This document shows, one piece after another, positions 15,985-27,737 of a stretch of DNA of 64,000 bases. The stretch is from assembly GCA_951406725.2 (NCBI GenBank), contig OX597826.1, positions 3,410,001-3,474,000 on the forward strand, read 5' to 3'. Made by a program: the position numbers and the translations under genes. The notes under the pieces are model-generated. The model worked only from the letters and a program-made list of their open reading frames with translations. It was not told the origin of the DNA and searched no databases. Numbering within the stretch: the stretch's first letter is position 1; the number at the start of each line of letters is the position of its first letter. The stretch comes from Octopus vulgaris. Taxonomy: Eukaryota.

Positions 15985-16510
15985 GAGCTTGCTGCCTTAG
16001 AACAAAATGGATCTTGGCGAAATTTTAACTCAGAAGGTAAAGACGGATGAAATACCTCAAACCATTTCGCCAAGTGTGCTAATGATTCTACCATCTTACC
16101 GCTTTAACGTCAAGAATAATAGTCCTTTCTTTTATATGTACAAGCCCTGAAATTTGGTGGGAGGGGAGGAGACGATCATAGCGACACCAGTATTAAACTA
16201 GTACTTATTTTATCGACACCGAAAAGATGATAGGCAAAGGCGACCTCCGGGAATTTTGAACTCAGAACGTAAAGACAGACGAAATACCTATTTCTTTACT
16301 ACCCAGAAGGGGCTAAACACAGAGAGGACAAACAGGGACAGACAAACGGATTAAGTCGATTATATCGACCCCAGTGTACTTAATTTATCGACCCCGAAAG
16401 GATGAAAGGCAAAGTCGACCTCGGCGGAATTTGAACTCAGAACGTAGCGGCAGACGAAATACCGCAAAGCATTTCGCCCGGCGTGCTAACGTTTCTGCCA
16501 GCTCGTCGCC
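15985..16510 (-). mobile_element. SINE family B cluster (partial copy, then head plus two bodies)
   Basis: Family B body repeated with the junction gaaatacctatttctttactac at about 16281-16302. Head at about 16460-16510. Confidence 0.85.
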
Positions 16511-16518
16511 TCCTCAAC

Positions 16519-16855
16519 AACAATAAGAGCACTCGGAGAGCGCAAACCTCCGCCAAGGCAACACCAAAGTCCCCTCAACAATTAGCCGGAGATGATTTTT
16601 TAGAATGAGAGTATCTGAAATAAACTTGACTTTTCTAAAAAAAAATAGTAGAAAAACTGGAAAATTAATCTGCAATCCTTGTCCTGTACCGGATCGATCC
16701 CAAAACCTAAGCAGTTCGTGCCAGTCACGAGGCCAAACGTCCCTGAAAGTTTCATCTGGATCCATCCATCGGTTCTTGAGATATCTTGTCCACGGACAAA
16801 CAAACAAGCACTACTTAAAACGATACCTCCGACTTCGCTAAGGCGGAGGTTATAA
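16519..16855 (-). mobile_element. Non-autonomous Helentron-associated element (DINE-1/HINE-like)
   Basis: Minus strand: TT flank, 5' subterminal IR ACCTCCGCC with a partial inverted copy (gtcggaggt), a (TGTT/TCCG) mini-repeat, 3' subTIR GGCGGAGGT, then the terminal hairpin gcgctc-tcc-gagtgc and a T-rich end. Confidence 0.75.
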
Positions 16856-17085
16856 AGTTTAAGCAATGGTAAGGATAAAGATTATTAATACCGTTTAGTA
16901 GCATGGTTAGTTTTTCATAACGACGGTATCAACAACTCTAACTGCAACCAGCAAACCAACGCCAGAATGTCGATACATTCAATCTACTGACTGAATGTAG
17001 TTGTTGAATCAACGCTTAATTACTCCATCTTAGCATGTTAAGAGATAAGAAAGGACACAGGATACAATAGATAATGAATTCATTC

Positions 17086-17533
17086 GGATCTTTTCGGTTT
17101 GAACGGCAGTTTTTTCTAGCGGTGTCATATGAAATTGTCACCCATAATTATGACCCTAGTATCGATCTATTGCATTTCAATCTGTTTTAGGGTTAGGGTT
17201 AGTTATGGTTAGTTAATGTTAGGGTTAGGGTTAGGGGTGGGGGGAGGGTATCTTTTGTTCTTCACAAATGTAAATAAACCCAATCAGTTTCTTAAACGAG
17301 GGACATATTCATACGGCACAGAATGTTTTTTACCTCAATACACGTCACTGATTGGTTGAAATTGCAGAAATTGAAGAAAAAATACAACAAACATCTTACA
17401 AACTATAGAATTTTGTCAATAAAGCCAAGATAAAAAGATGTTTTATAAACACATTCTACCAGTATACGAAGTTTAAAAGTGTTTAGTTACCTAGAAATTA
17501 TGTTAAAAACTGCCGTTCAAACCGAAAAGATCC
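17086..17533 (+). mobile_element. MITE with ~29-bp TIRs, 8-bp TSD and internal TTAGGG repeats
   Basis: TIR GGATCTTTTCGGTTTGAACGGCAGTTTTT at both ends. TSD ATTCATTC at 17078-17085 and 17534-17541. Degenerate (TTAGGG)n at about 17187-17237. Confidence 0.93.
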
Positions 17534-17902
17534 ATTCATTCCATATAAAGAAGACAAATAGAACACGAAAATGTGGAAGTAGTAGTAGTAGTAGTGGTAG
17601 GAGAAAACAAAACTACACGAAAAACTGTAACAACCATTTAGATGACGCTATCGACAAAAATGCTATCGATATTCGGATTGATAGAAACGCAGCAGTAACA
17701 ACTACAGTGAGAAAACTAGCTAGAATAATGATATTTTAGTTCCACCTAATAATTATAACAACCAAATCTCCTGCAAGTTACTCTCTGATGCCTCAAATAT
17801 TGACGGGAGGGATACTATGCTAATTGTAGTCAGAAAATGTGTTACAAAAAAGACGAAATTAGTCTTTTCGACTGTGTTTCTAGGAAATACATATTTTCCA
17901 CG

Positions 17903-18141
17903 AAATACCTATTTCTTTACTGCCCACAAGGGGCTAAACACAGAGGGGACAAACAACGACAGACAAACGGATTAAGTCGATTACATAGATCCCAGTGCGT
18001 AACTGGTACTTAATTTAATCGACCCCGAAAGGATGAAAGGCAAAGTCGACCTCGGCGGAATTTGAACTCAGAACGTAACGACAGACGAAATACGGCTACG
18101 CATTTCGCCCGGCGTGCTAACGATTCTGCCAGCTCACCGCC
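17903..18141 (-). mobile_element. SINE family B, near-consensus full copy
   Basis: Head ggcggtgagctggcagaatcgttagcacgccgggcgaaatg plus the full body and tail. Confidence 0.9.
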
Positions 18142-18199
18142 TTGTATAATACAAACGGTTATCATCGTCACAATTGTCATGGTCATATTCCTTATTAAT

Positions 18200-19115
18200 A
18201 TTATATGCCGTTATACGGTGGCGAGCTGGCCTAATCGTTAGCACGCTGGACGAAATGCTTGGCAGTTTTTCACCTGTCGCTTCGTTCTGAGTTAAAATTC
18301 TGCGGGGGTCGACATTGCTTTTCATCCTTTCGGGGTCGATAAAATAAGTACCAGTTGAACACTGGGATCGACGTAATCGACTCATCTCCATTTGCTCCAA
18401 GCTGCCCTTGTGGCAAAAATTTCAAATAATATTGTATACCGTTATAAAGCTGGCAGAGTCGTTAGCAACCAAGAAAAATGCTAGGTGGGGTTTCGTCTGT
18501 GTTTAGGTTCTAAGATCAAATTACACCGAGGCTGACTTTGCCTTTCATCCTTTTGGAGTCGATAAAATGATTACCTGTTAATCCCTAGAATCAGTATAAT
18601 CGACGTTTCCCATCCCCCAAACGAGCTGGCTTTAAGTCCCAATTTGAAATCCAACATTATATAACGTTATAAAGAGGTGAAGTGGCGGTATCTTTAGCAT
18701 GGCAGGGAAAATGTTTAGCGGCATTTCGTCTTTCGTCCGTCATTACTTTCTCATTTTAGATTCTTTCTGAGGTCAACTTTTCCTTTCAGGGATCGACAAA
18801 ATAGGTACCAGTTGATCACCGACGTCGATGTAATGGACATACCTCGCCCATAAAATTCCTGACTTTGTTCCAAAATTTGAAATCGATATTATATACCGCC
18901 ATAACGGCAACGAACCTGCAGAATCGTTAGCATGCCGGACAAAATGCTTAAAGGCATTTTGTCCGTTTTTACGTTCTCAATGTAAATTTCGTCGATGTTG
19001 ACTCTTCTTTTCATCCCTTTGGGGTTGATAAAATAAGAAACCGGCAAGTCAGTGTGATTGATGTTCCGCTTCTCCGAAATCGGTGGCCTAGTGCTAAATT
19101 TTACATCGAATATCG
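18200..19115 (+). repeat. Tandem array of four diverged SINE-B-containing units (~220-232-bp period)
   Basis: The spacer attrtatrccgttata recurs at about 18200, 18431, 18656, 18888 and (degenerate) 19110, each of the first four followed by a family B copy. Confidence 0.8.
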
Positions 19116-19310
19116 AATACATCGTTATCATAATCACCATCTTCATCATCATTAAGGCCATCATGGCCATCATCATCATTATCATCACTAGTAGCGACAA
19201 TAACAACGTCACTGTTGACTTCAGTTTTATCAAATAATACTGGAGACAGTTGTGATTACTGACATTAAGCACACGATTCTAAAACTAACAGTAAAACAAA
19301 TTAAAACAAA

Positions 19311-19391
<81 letters not shown>

Positions 19392-20074
19392 AAAGACAAA
19401 TAATATTTATCGTTGTTATGTTAAAACAACATGAATGACACCAGTAATAAGAAGTGTGAGACTATTTCAACACAAGCTGAAAATATATACTAAAAGTCTA
19501 CTTAAAGCAATGCAACAATAAATAAATAATTTATGGATACATTTCCCAAGTAGACTAGAAAATGCGAATATAAAACACAAAAATAAAATTTCAAATTTTG
19601 AAAATACTATATCAGATTTGGAGAATATCAAATAAATACTGAATTAAATATAATATAAAAATATAATTTTCTAACAAATTATTTTTGTTTTTACCGTTTT
19701 CATATTTTGTCATATTTATATATTTCAATACTTTCCTTCACTTATTTAATATATTTTTTCTGTGGGTGACATCATGGAACAAGCGGAATTTTATCAGAAT
19801 CAAATACTTATATTTCTTGTAATCAGTGTATGTTTCAATTTTATGTTGTGTTCGATTTTGCTCTATATCTCTCTGATCTCTACCAAGTAAGTCAACAGAA
19901 TGAGACTATAGGGCGCAGCCGCTTGGACGCTGGCGATTTGGCATTCCTGTCTGGACATTGAAGTCGAATTGTCATTGGCTAATTTTTGTTATTTTCGTAA
20001 CGGTGCAATGTTGGCAGAGAAAACAAACACACAGAGGCAGTAATATACGTATACACAGAGAAATATATACACAT

Positions 20075-20493
20075 AGGCGTAGGAGTGGCTGTGTGGTAAG
20101 TAGCTTTCTTACCAACCACATGGTTCCAGGTTCAGTCCACTGCGCGGCACCTTGGGCAAGTGTCGTCTACAATAACCTCGGGCCGACCAAGGCCTTGTAA
20201 CTGGATTTGGTTGACGGAAACGGGAAGAAGCCCGTTGTATATGTGTATATGTATATATATTTGTGTGTGTGTGTGTGTGCGTGTATGTCTGCGTGTCTGT
20301 GTTTGTCCCCCAGCATCGCTTAACAACCGATGCTGGTGTGTTTACGTCCACGTAACTTAGCGGTTCGGCAAAAGAGACCGATATAATAAGTACTAGGCTT
20401 ACAAAGAAAATGTTCTGGGGTGGATTTGCTCGACTGAAGGCGGTGCTCCAGCATGGTCACAGTCAAATGACTGAAACAAGTAAAAGAGAGTAA
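20075..20493 (+). mobile_element. SINE family A, full length, with internal (TA)/(TG) microsatellite
   Basis: aggcgtaggagtggctgtgtggtaag...ggttcagtcc head, internal repeat, and 3' end caaatgactgaaacaagtaaaagag. Confidence 0.9.
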
Positions 20494-20504
20494 CACACAC
20501 ACAC

Positions 20505-20539
<35 letters not shown>

Positions 20540-20574
20540 AGAGAGAGAGAGAGAGAGAGAGAGTAGTGAGAGGG

Positions 20575-20900
20575 GGTTGGGAAACAAGTGACGTATGGCG
20601 ACACGTTCTCCGACTCCATCCTTGCAGCATCTGTTGCAAACCCTGGTGTCAAAACCCGTATCGCAGAAGAGAGAAAAAAAAAAAAACACCGGAGCCTGTC
20701 AATTTCAACCGTCGTCGTCGACAGGTGTTCTAGGACCCCGCGCTACCGGTTTCCTCCGCAAAATAGGGATAACGGCGGCGAGGCGGAGAAATATGCCCCG
20801 CGACGTGGAGTGGCTGTAGCAGCGTGCATCGCTGTCTATTCTCCACGGCAGAGCATACCATTTGTTCTGGAATATGTGGGCCATCACCCCCGCGCCACTT
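20575..20900. promoter_or_regulatory. CpG-dense unique segment: candidate promoter or first exon
   Basis: Roughly 25-30 CpGs in about 320 bp against an AT-rich, CpG-poor background. Contains a CRE-like TGACGT near 20589 and matches no other repeat in the window. Confidence 0.4.
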
Positions 20901-21156
20901 TTTTTCCAATTTTTTCTGTTGTTTTGTTTTCTTTCTTTACTTTTCTCGTCTCTTTTTTTTTCCCGTTTCTTTGTGTTTAAATTTTCGAATAAAATATTTC
21001 TGAACTTACAAAATTAAAAATACTAAAAAATAGAATTTGTTGATTGAAACCGACTGGCATAAACACCTCCGATCTCCTCATACACGTACACGGTTTGTAG
21101 AAATCAGGGTCTACATATTCTACAGGTTCTTAATGCATATTAATGCTCTCTTTGTC

Positions 21157-21208
<52 letters not shown>

Positions 21209-21865
21209 CCTTTCTTTGTACGTGTTTACCACTCACAGCACCAAAATTTGAATATACTGTCAGATCTAATTTCTTGTAGTACAGAAATTTATAATTACGC
21301 GATTTTTCTTTCTGACGTTTTGCCGATATTTCACCAGCCATCATAGACAACGCATAACACCAAAACGTGCTCGAAGATGTGAAAATATGTCAAAATAAGT
21401 TAAAATAAAACTTTAGACTATGATTATAATAATTTATTTATTTATTTAATTATTTTATTCTGCTACGATACTGTGGCAGCGCCGATTATACATTATTAAT
21501 ATAGATATTTTACATCGGTAGAAGCTTTCAATTCTGAGGCAGAGTTACAAAACTTGATATCGAAAAGGACACTTGCCTCTTATTGCCCCGAAAACAGTAA
21601 CAGAAACGGTGACATTGGATGTGTTTGAACCAAGAAACTACAACGCCGAAAATAAAAATTTAGTTTTTTGTGTTAGGTACGAAAATTCTTGAGCTGAAGC
21701 CCGAGTCGAAATCATCGACTCTAATATACAACTGTTGCTAAATTTTATCCATTCAGAATGGATATTCTCGGCAGTATTTGAACTTAGGATGTACAGAATG
21801 TAAATTAAATAATACAATCTATTTTGCCAAAACAATCCACTTCTATTAGTTTAAATAGTAATCGT

Positions 21866-22232
21866 CATTTCGTCTGCCGTTACGTTCTGAGTTCAAATTC
21901 CGCCGAGGTCGACTTTGCCTTTCATCTTTTCGGGGTCGTTTAAATAAGTACCAGTTAATCACTGGGGTCGATGTAATCGACTTAATCGCCTTGTCTGTCC
22001 TTGTTTGTCACTTCTGTGTTTAGCCCCTTGTGGGTAGTAAAGAAATAGGTATTTCGTCTGCCGTTACGTTCTGAGTTCAAATTCCGCCTAGGCCGACTTT
22101 GCCTTTCATCCTCTCGGGGTCGTTTAAATAAGTACCAGTTAATCACTGGGGTCGATGTAATCGACTTAATCCTCTTTTCTGTCCTTGTTTGTCCCCTCTA
22201 TGTTTAGCCCCTTGTGGGCAATAAATAAATAA
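21866..22232 (+). mobile_element. SINE family B, two tandem bodies without a head
   Basis: atttcgtctgccgttacgttctgagttcaaattccgcc... occurs twice. Flanked by the direct repeat aaatagtaatcgtcatt (about 21853 and 22231), a possible TSD. Confidence 0.88.
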
Positions 22233-22429
22233 ATAGTAATCGTCATTATTCTGCCCTGAAAAATGTATTCCATTTATCATAATGATCTCTGCATTGTATA
22301 TATATTAACGTTAACTTAACAATGCTAATTTTAACAATTGTTATGTTTGCAACGTTCAGAGAGTAGTAAATACTTTTACACTGTTGCGTATTGACATCTC
22401 AACATGCGAAGGACAAACCTTCCTGACAT

Positions 22430-22980
22430 TGGTTTACAATTTTGTCACAAAACCAGCAATTTTGGAAGAGGGCGGAAGTCGATTACATGGACACCAATCC
22501 TCAACTGGTACTTCTTTTATCTATCCCGAAAGGGACGAACGCCAAAATCTGCATCGACGGGATTTTGCTCTTGAACTCGGAACGTAACGTCAGACGAAAT
22601 GTTGCTGAGCATTTTTTTCCGGAACGGTTGCCTCAAATTTTCACAATATCAGTTCACAATGTTGGTGCATCCCAGGAATTCGAGGAAAATACATCGACTT
22701 AAGTGCTCAACTGTCATTAATTTTATCGACTCCGAAAGGGGCGAAAGGCAAAATTGTCCTAGGGGAAATTTGAACCCAGAATGTAAAAACGAGCGAAATG
22801 CCGATCAATATTTTGTCTGGTGTAAGGCGGCGACGTGGCAGAAGTGTTACCAAGCCGGGCGAAATGCTTAGCAGTATTTCGTTTGTCTTTATATACTATG
22901 TCCAAATTCCGCCAAGGTTGACTTTACATTTCATCCTTTCGGGGTCGATAAATCAAGTACCAGTTGCATACTAGGGTTGA
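22430..22980. mobile_element. SINE family B cluster: two minus copies abutting a plus copy head-to-head
   Basis: Minus copies at about 22430-22625 and 22660-22822. The plus copy starts aaggcggcgacgtggcag at about 22824. Confidence 0.75.
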
Positions 22981-23082
22981 TATATATATATATATATCGA
23001 AAAAGGAGGCAATCAGAATTCTGGATAATTCTTTTTAGCGCTTTCTTTCGTTTATCGAACACGTAAAGACAAGAACTAAAAG

Positions 23083-23084
<2 letters not shown>

Positions 23085-23113
<29 letters not shown>

Positions 23114-23240
23114 TGTATGTATGTATGTATGTATGTATGTATGTATGTATGTATGTATGTATGTATGTATGTATGTATGTATGTATGTATGAATGTATGT
23201 ATGTGTGTATGTATGTATGTATGTGTGTATGTATGTATGT
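23085..23240. repeat. (TATG)n microsatellite
   Basis: Directly visible. Confidence 0.97.
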
Positions 23241-23852
23241 ACGTACAGGTATGCAAAATAGGTAAGCAGACATTTAAATGATAGGAAATTATTTCTACCA
23301 GAGTTACTAAATTTTAAGGCTAGGGAATCAATACCATTTCACTTGCTCTGTTAGATAGCGACGCTGAATCTTAATGCAGTGGGGCTTCATTAAATGAAAC
23401 TCCTCCAACTTAGAAAATCTATGTCGAGGTACATTAGAAAAGAGAGGATTGTCACTTTCCTAACTTATCTTCTATGCCTGGTTAATCTTGGCTCACCTGC
23501 AGAGAAGGAATAAAAAAGAAATACAAAATAAGTCATTCTAATGGCAAAGTATGGAAGCAAAATATTAGCAACGTAGATAGTATAACAGTAGCACAGTTAT
23601 ATTAGTGAAATAAATATGTCACAATTGTTATGCTTTATTGAACAACATTAATTATAGTCGAAAAGAAGATGGACATAGAAAACATAACAAGAAAAATGGC
23701 CGCTGTCACTCTAGATTTTGGTGACCTGGTAGCCTCATAAACGCTTTTTCAACAAATAGTGCTACATTAAAAAAAAACTGTTTCACTCATATTTTTCGCG
23801 TTCCCCATTTCTCACTCGACCCGCATTTCCCACTACTTTGAACGTAGATAAC

Positions 23853-23920
<68 letters not shown>

Positions 23921-23963
23921 ATGTATCTATATATATATCAATGTATATGTATATATATTATAT

Positions 23964-24009
<46 letters not shown>

Positions 24010-24614
24010 ATACACACATATGTTTATTTATATATACACATAGACATGTGTATATATACATATATATGCATATATATATATATGTATATTTACATGCACA
24101 TTTATTTATACACTCACATACACACACATACATCTATATATGCATACACGTTGTTATTTACAAACATCTTTCTGTACATATATAGAGAGAACTACATGAA
24201 AGCATTACTTTAATATGATCATATTCTCGATACGTATCCGTTGGAATCTGCCTGTATGTGTGCTCATCTCCAATCTTTATGACAGATGTCTATGCTTTAC
24301 TGAGTATACGAACGTATGATTATATTATTTCATATTACGTTCGCTGTGTTTAACACGTCTGCTTGTGGATGTGAATGTATATATCTGTAAATGTGCATTT
24401 ATTTGTGAAAATTGTCTCTCTGGTCAAAGGTGTTTTGTTGAAGCTTTTCACTCTTTGTGAGCTGATTTTTATGTGTTAACATATATTTCTTCCTAGAAGT
24501 GAGCATTTGTTATCTTATCTGCGTGTATATCTGTCATGTGTGTGTGTGTGTGTAATTCTAACTGTACATTAGAATGTAAGAGTCTGTGCTTTTGCGTATC
24601 TGTACTTAAATGAA

Positions 24615-24656
<42 letters not shown>

Positions 24657-24891
24657 CATATGTTTCTCTATATGTGTGAGCGCGTGTATTTATGTGTTGT
24701 GTGTGTGAGTGTGTGTTTGTTTGTTTGTTTTTGTTTCTGTGTTTTGCTATTTTCCGAATATATGATTCAACATTAAATCGTTACGGAAATAATTACCAGT
24801 TTGTAATTTTGAAAAATTCATCCACTTTGTCTAAAAAGTAATTTCTTAATGCGTGATAATCGATGGTAAGGAGGGGGAGGAGGGGGTAACA

Positions 24892-25268
24892 GGTTGGCGG
24901 TATCGTTAGAACATCGCTTCAAAAACCGTACATCATTTGCCGCTTCTTGTTACTTTCAGAGTTCGATTACTACCGAGAATAACTTGCCATCCAGCATTTC
25001 GGTGTAGATAAAAAAAAATGCTACCGGTAAAATACGGTGGAAGATGTTGATCACAAGTAATCAATTTAGACCACTGGCTAAGTTCAAGTATAAAAGGTGT
25101 AAAATAGCGGTTTCAAATTTTGCCACAAGGGCAGTACTTTAAGGGGAGGGGACGAATCGATAATATTGACCCAGTGTTCAACTGGTACTTTTTTTATCGA
25201 CCACGAATGGATGAAAGGCAAAGTCGATCTTGGCGGAATTTGAACACAGAACGTACGACGGGCGAAAA
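24892..25268. mobile_element. Two diverged SINE family B copies (plus, then minus)
   Basis: gatgaaaggcaaagtcgatcttggcggaatttgaac on the second copy. The first copy is strongly degenerate. Confidence 0.6.
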
Positions 25269-26039
25269 AGAAAAGGTGTCAAATAATGACCAGAAAGACT
25301 TTGCGATGTAACCCATTATGGAAAAGAAAAAAAAATGTAATTAAAATCTGCCAGGGACGAACTGATATGAAGAACTGGAGGCAAACGAAGATGAATAAGA
25401 TGAAGGAATGGGCGATTCAGAATTATAACGAACGGAGAAATTGTGACGACAACAAAAGAGCAAAATAGTTAAATAAATAAACAAAGAAATAGATAAAAAT
25501 TAAAATGCGACCATGCACTCAAAGACACACATATTAATATGTAATACACATGCGTATGAGAAACATACACATGTATGTGTTGGTGTTTGTAGAGTGTGTG
25601 TGTTTGTGAGGCTATGTAAATATGTAAATATATATGTATACGTGTGTATATGTGTATGAACATATATGTGAAATTATATATATACTCATACACAAACACA
25701 CACATATATATACATACATATGTATATACACACATACAATATGCCTGTGTATGTGCATACCGTTGCGTGTTGATTGCTTGTTAATCCACTCACTTTGAAC
25801 AGAAAGTTTGTGAGGTCAAATAAGGGCGAAGACAGTTTTTAATCAGCGTATGATTATCTTAGCGATATCAAGAAATTAATTAAATCAATAGCAGTAAAAG
25901 AGATTACGGGTTACTAAGAACCAATAACATGACGAAAGATAAAGTAGTAATTGGTAAATTAAGTTCGAATGAGGAGGAGTAGGAGAAGGAGTGAGAGTTA
26001 GATTAAATAGCAATGCAGCTGTGTTTCAATAGATAGAGG

Positions 26040-26073
<34 letters not shown>

Positions 26074-26303
26074 CATATGCATATGTGTGTGTGTGTGTGT
26101 AGATATAGATAGATAGATAGACAGAGAGAATGACAGATAGACAGGTAGACAGACAGGTAAATAGACAGACAGAGAGATAGGGAGATGTACAGGCAGACAG
26201 ACGGATTGATAGGTAGTTATAGATCGTTTTAGGGAGAGAAACACTAGACCGCGAGATAGAGTGACGATCAATAGATATATAGGTAGAAAGATAGATAGAT
26301 AGA

Positions 26304-26530
26304 AAGCGGTGAACTGGCAGAAACGTTAGCACGCCGGGCGAAATGCTTAGCAGTATTTCGTCTGCCGTTATGTTCTGAGTTCAAATTTCGTCGAGGTCGA
26401 CTTTGCCTTTCATCATTTCGGGGTCAACAATTCAAGTACCAGTTACGCACTGAAGTCGATCTCATCGATTTAATCCCTTTGTCTCTCATTGTTTGTCCCC
26501 TTTATGTTTAGCCCCTTGTGGTCAATAAAA
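26304..26530 (+). mobile_element. SINE family B, full copy
   Basis: gcggtgaactggcagaaacgttagcacgccgggcgaaatg...tttagccccttgtggtcaataaa. Confidence 0.88.
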
Positions 26531-26663
26531 AATCAGAAAGATAGATAGACTGGAAGATAGATAGATAGATAAATAGATAGATACAAAGCTAGAAAGGCAA
26601 GCAGGTATATAACGTCAAAGTCTCAGAATAAATAACTAAAATAAACTGGCACATTCACATAAT

Positions 26664-26709
<46 letters not shown>

Positions 26710-26721
26710 GCATATAAGTAC

Positions 26722-26754
<33 letters not shown>

Positions 26755-27022
26755 TATATGCATGTGTGCGTTTGCGTGTTTGTGTGTGTTTGTAGACGAC
26801 GTGAAGACATTGCTAGAAATAAGTTTAAAGATGCCCAAATACATTAGGAAAAGTATATAAATATATACATATCTGGTCATAGGGGCTGCATTACAGTTTG
26901 TTAGCTGTTGCTTCTTGCAATGTATTTGTCTTGACAATCTTAGTCATGTTTAATGACAATTATATTTTTCCCTTGTGACATCGCATTACGTATGGCAGTT
27001 TATATTAATATTTATAGTATAT

Positions 27023-27069
<47 letters not shown>

Positions 27070-27070
<1 letters not shown>

Positions 27071-27209
27071 AGCGGGTGTGTGGGAAGTAGTTTCTTTACT
27101 AAACACATGATTCCGAGTGCGTGGAACATTGCGTGTCTTCTACTCTAGTCTCGGGCTGACCAAAGACTTGTGAGTGGATTTGGTAGAGGAAACTGAAAGA
27201 AGCCTGTCG

Positions 27210-27271
<62 letters not shown>

Positions 27272-27492
27272 CGTGTGTGTGTGTGTGTGTTTGTGTGTCT
27301 GTGTCTGTTCCACGAACATTGCTTGACAACCGATACTGGTGTGTTTACGTCTACGTAAATTAGAGGTTCGGCAAAAGAAAGCGATAGAATAAGTACTAGG
27401 GTTACAAGGAATAAGTCATGATGTCGATTTGCTCGACAAAAAGGGCTGCTCTAGTGTGGCCACAGAGTGAAACAAGTAAAATAGTAAAGAGA
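27070..27492 (+). mobile_element. SINE family A with internal microsatellite
   Basis: Same 5' and 3' halves as 20075-20493, separated by (TA)n(TG)n. Confidence 0.8.
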
Positions 27493-27529
<37 letters not shown>

Positions 27530-27676
27530 TAGATAGATATAGATATATATATAGAGATGTGTCGAATCTATTGTCGTTATCAATAATACATTTTCGCATA
27601 TTCCTTCTTCCGTCTGTCATTTGAAACAGATATGTGTGTATGTGTATAACACATACGCTCATATAAATAGATAGAG

Positions 27677-27737
<61 letters not shown>

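Noticed and set aside
17187-17237. Telomere or chromosome-fusion site
   Set aside because: The short degenerate TTAGGG tract sits inside a TIR- and TSD-bounded MITE present twice in the window.
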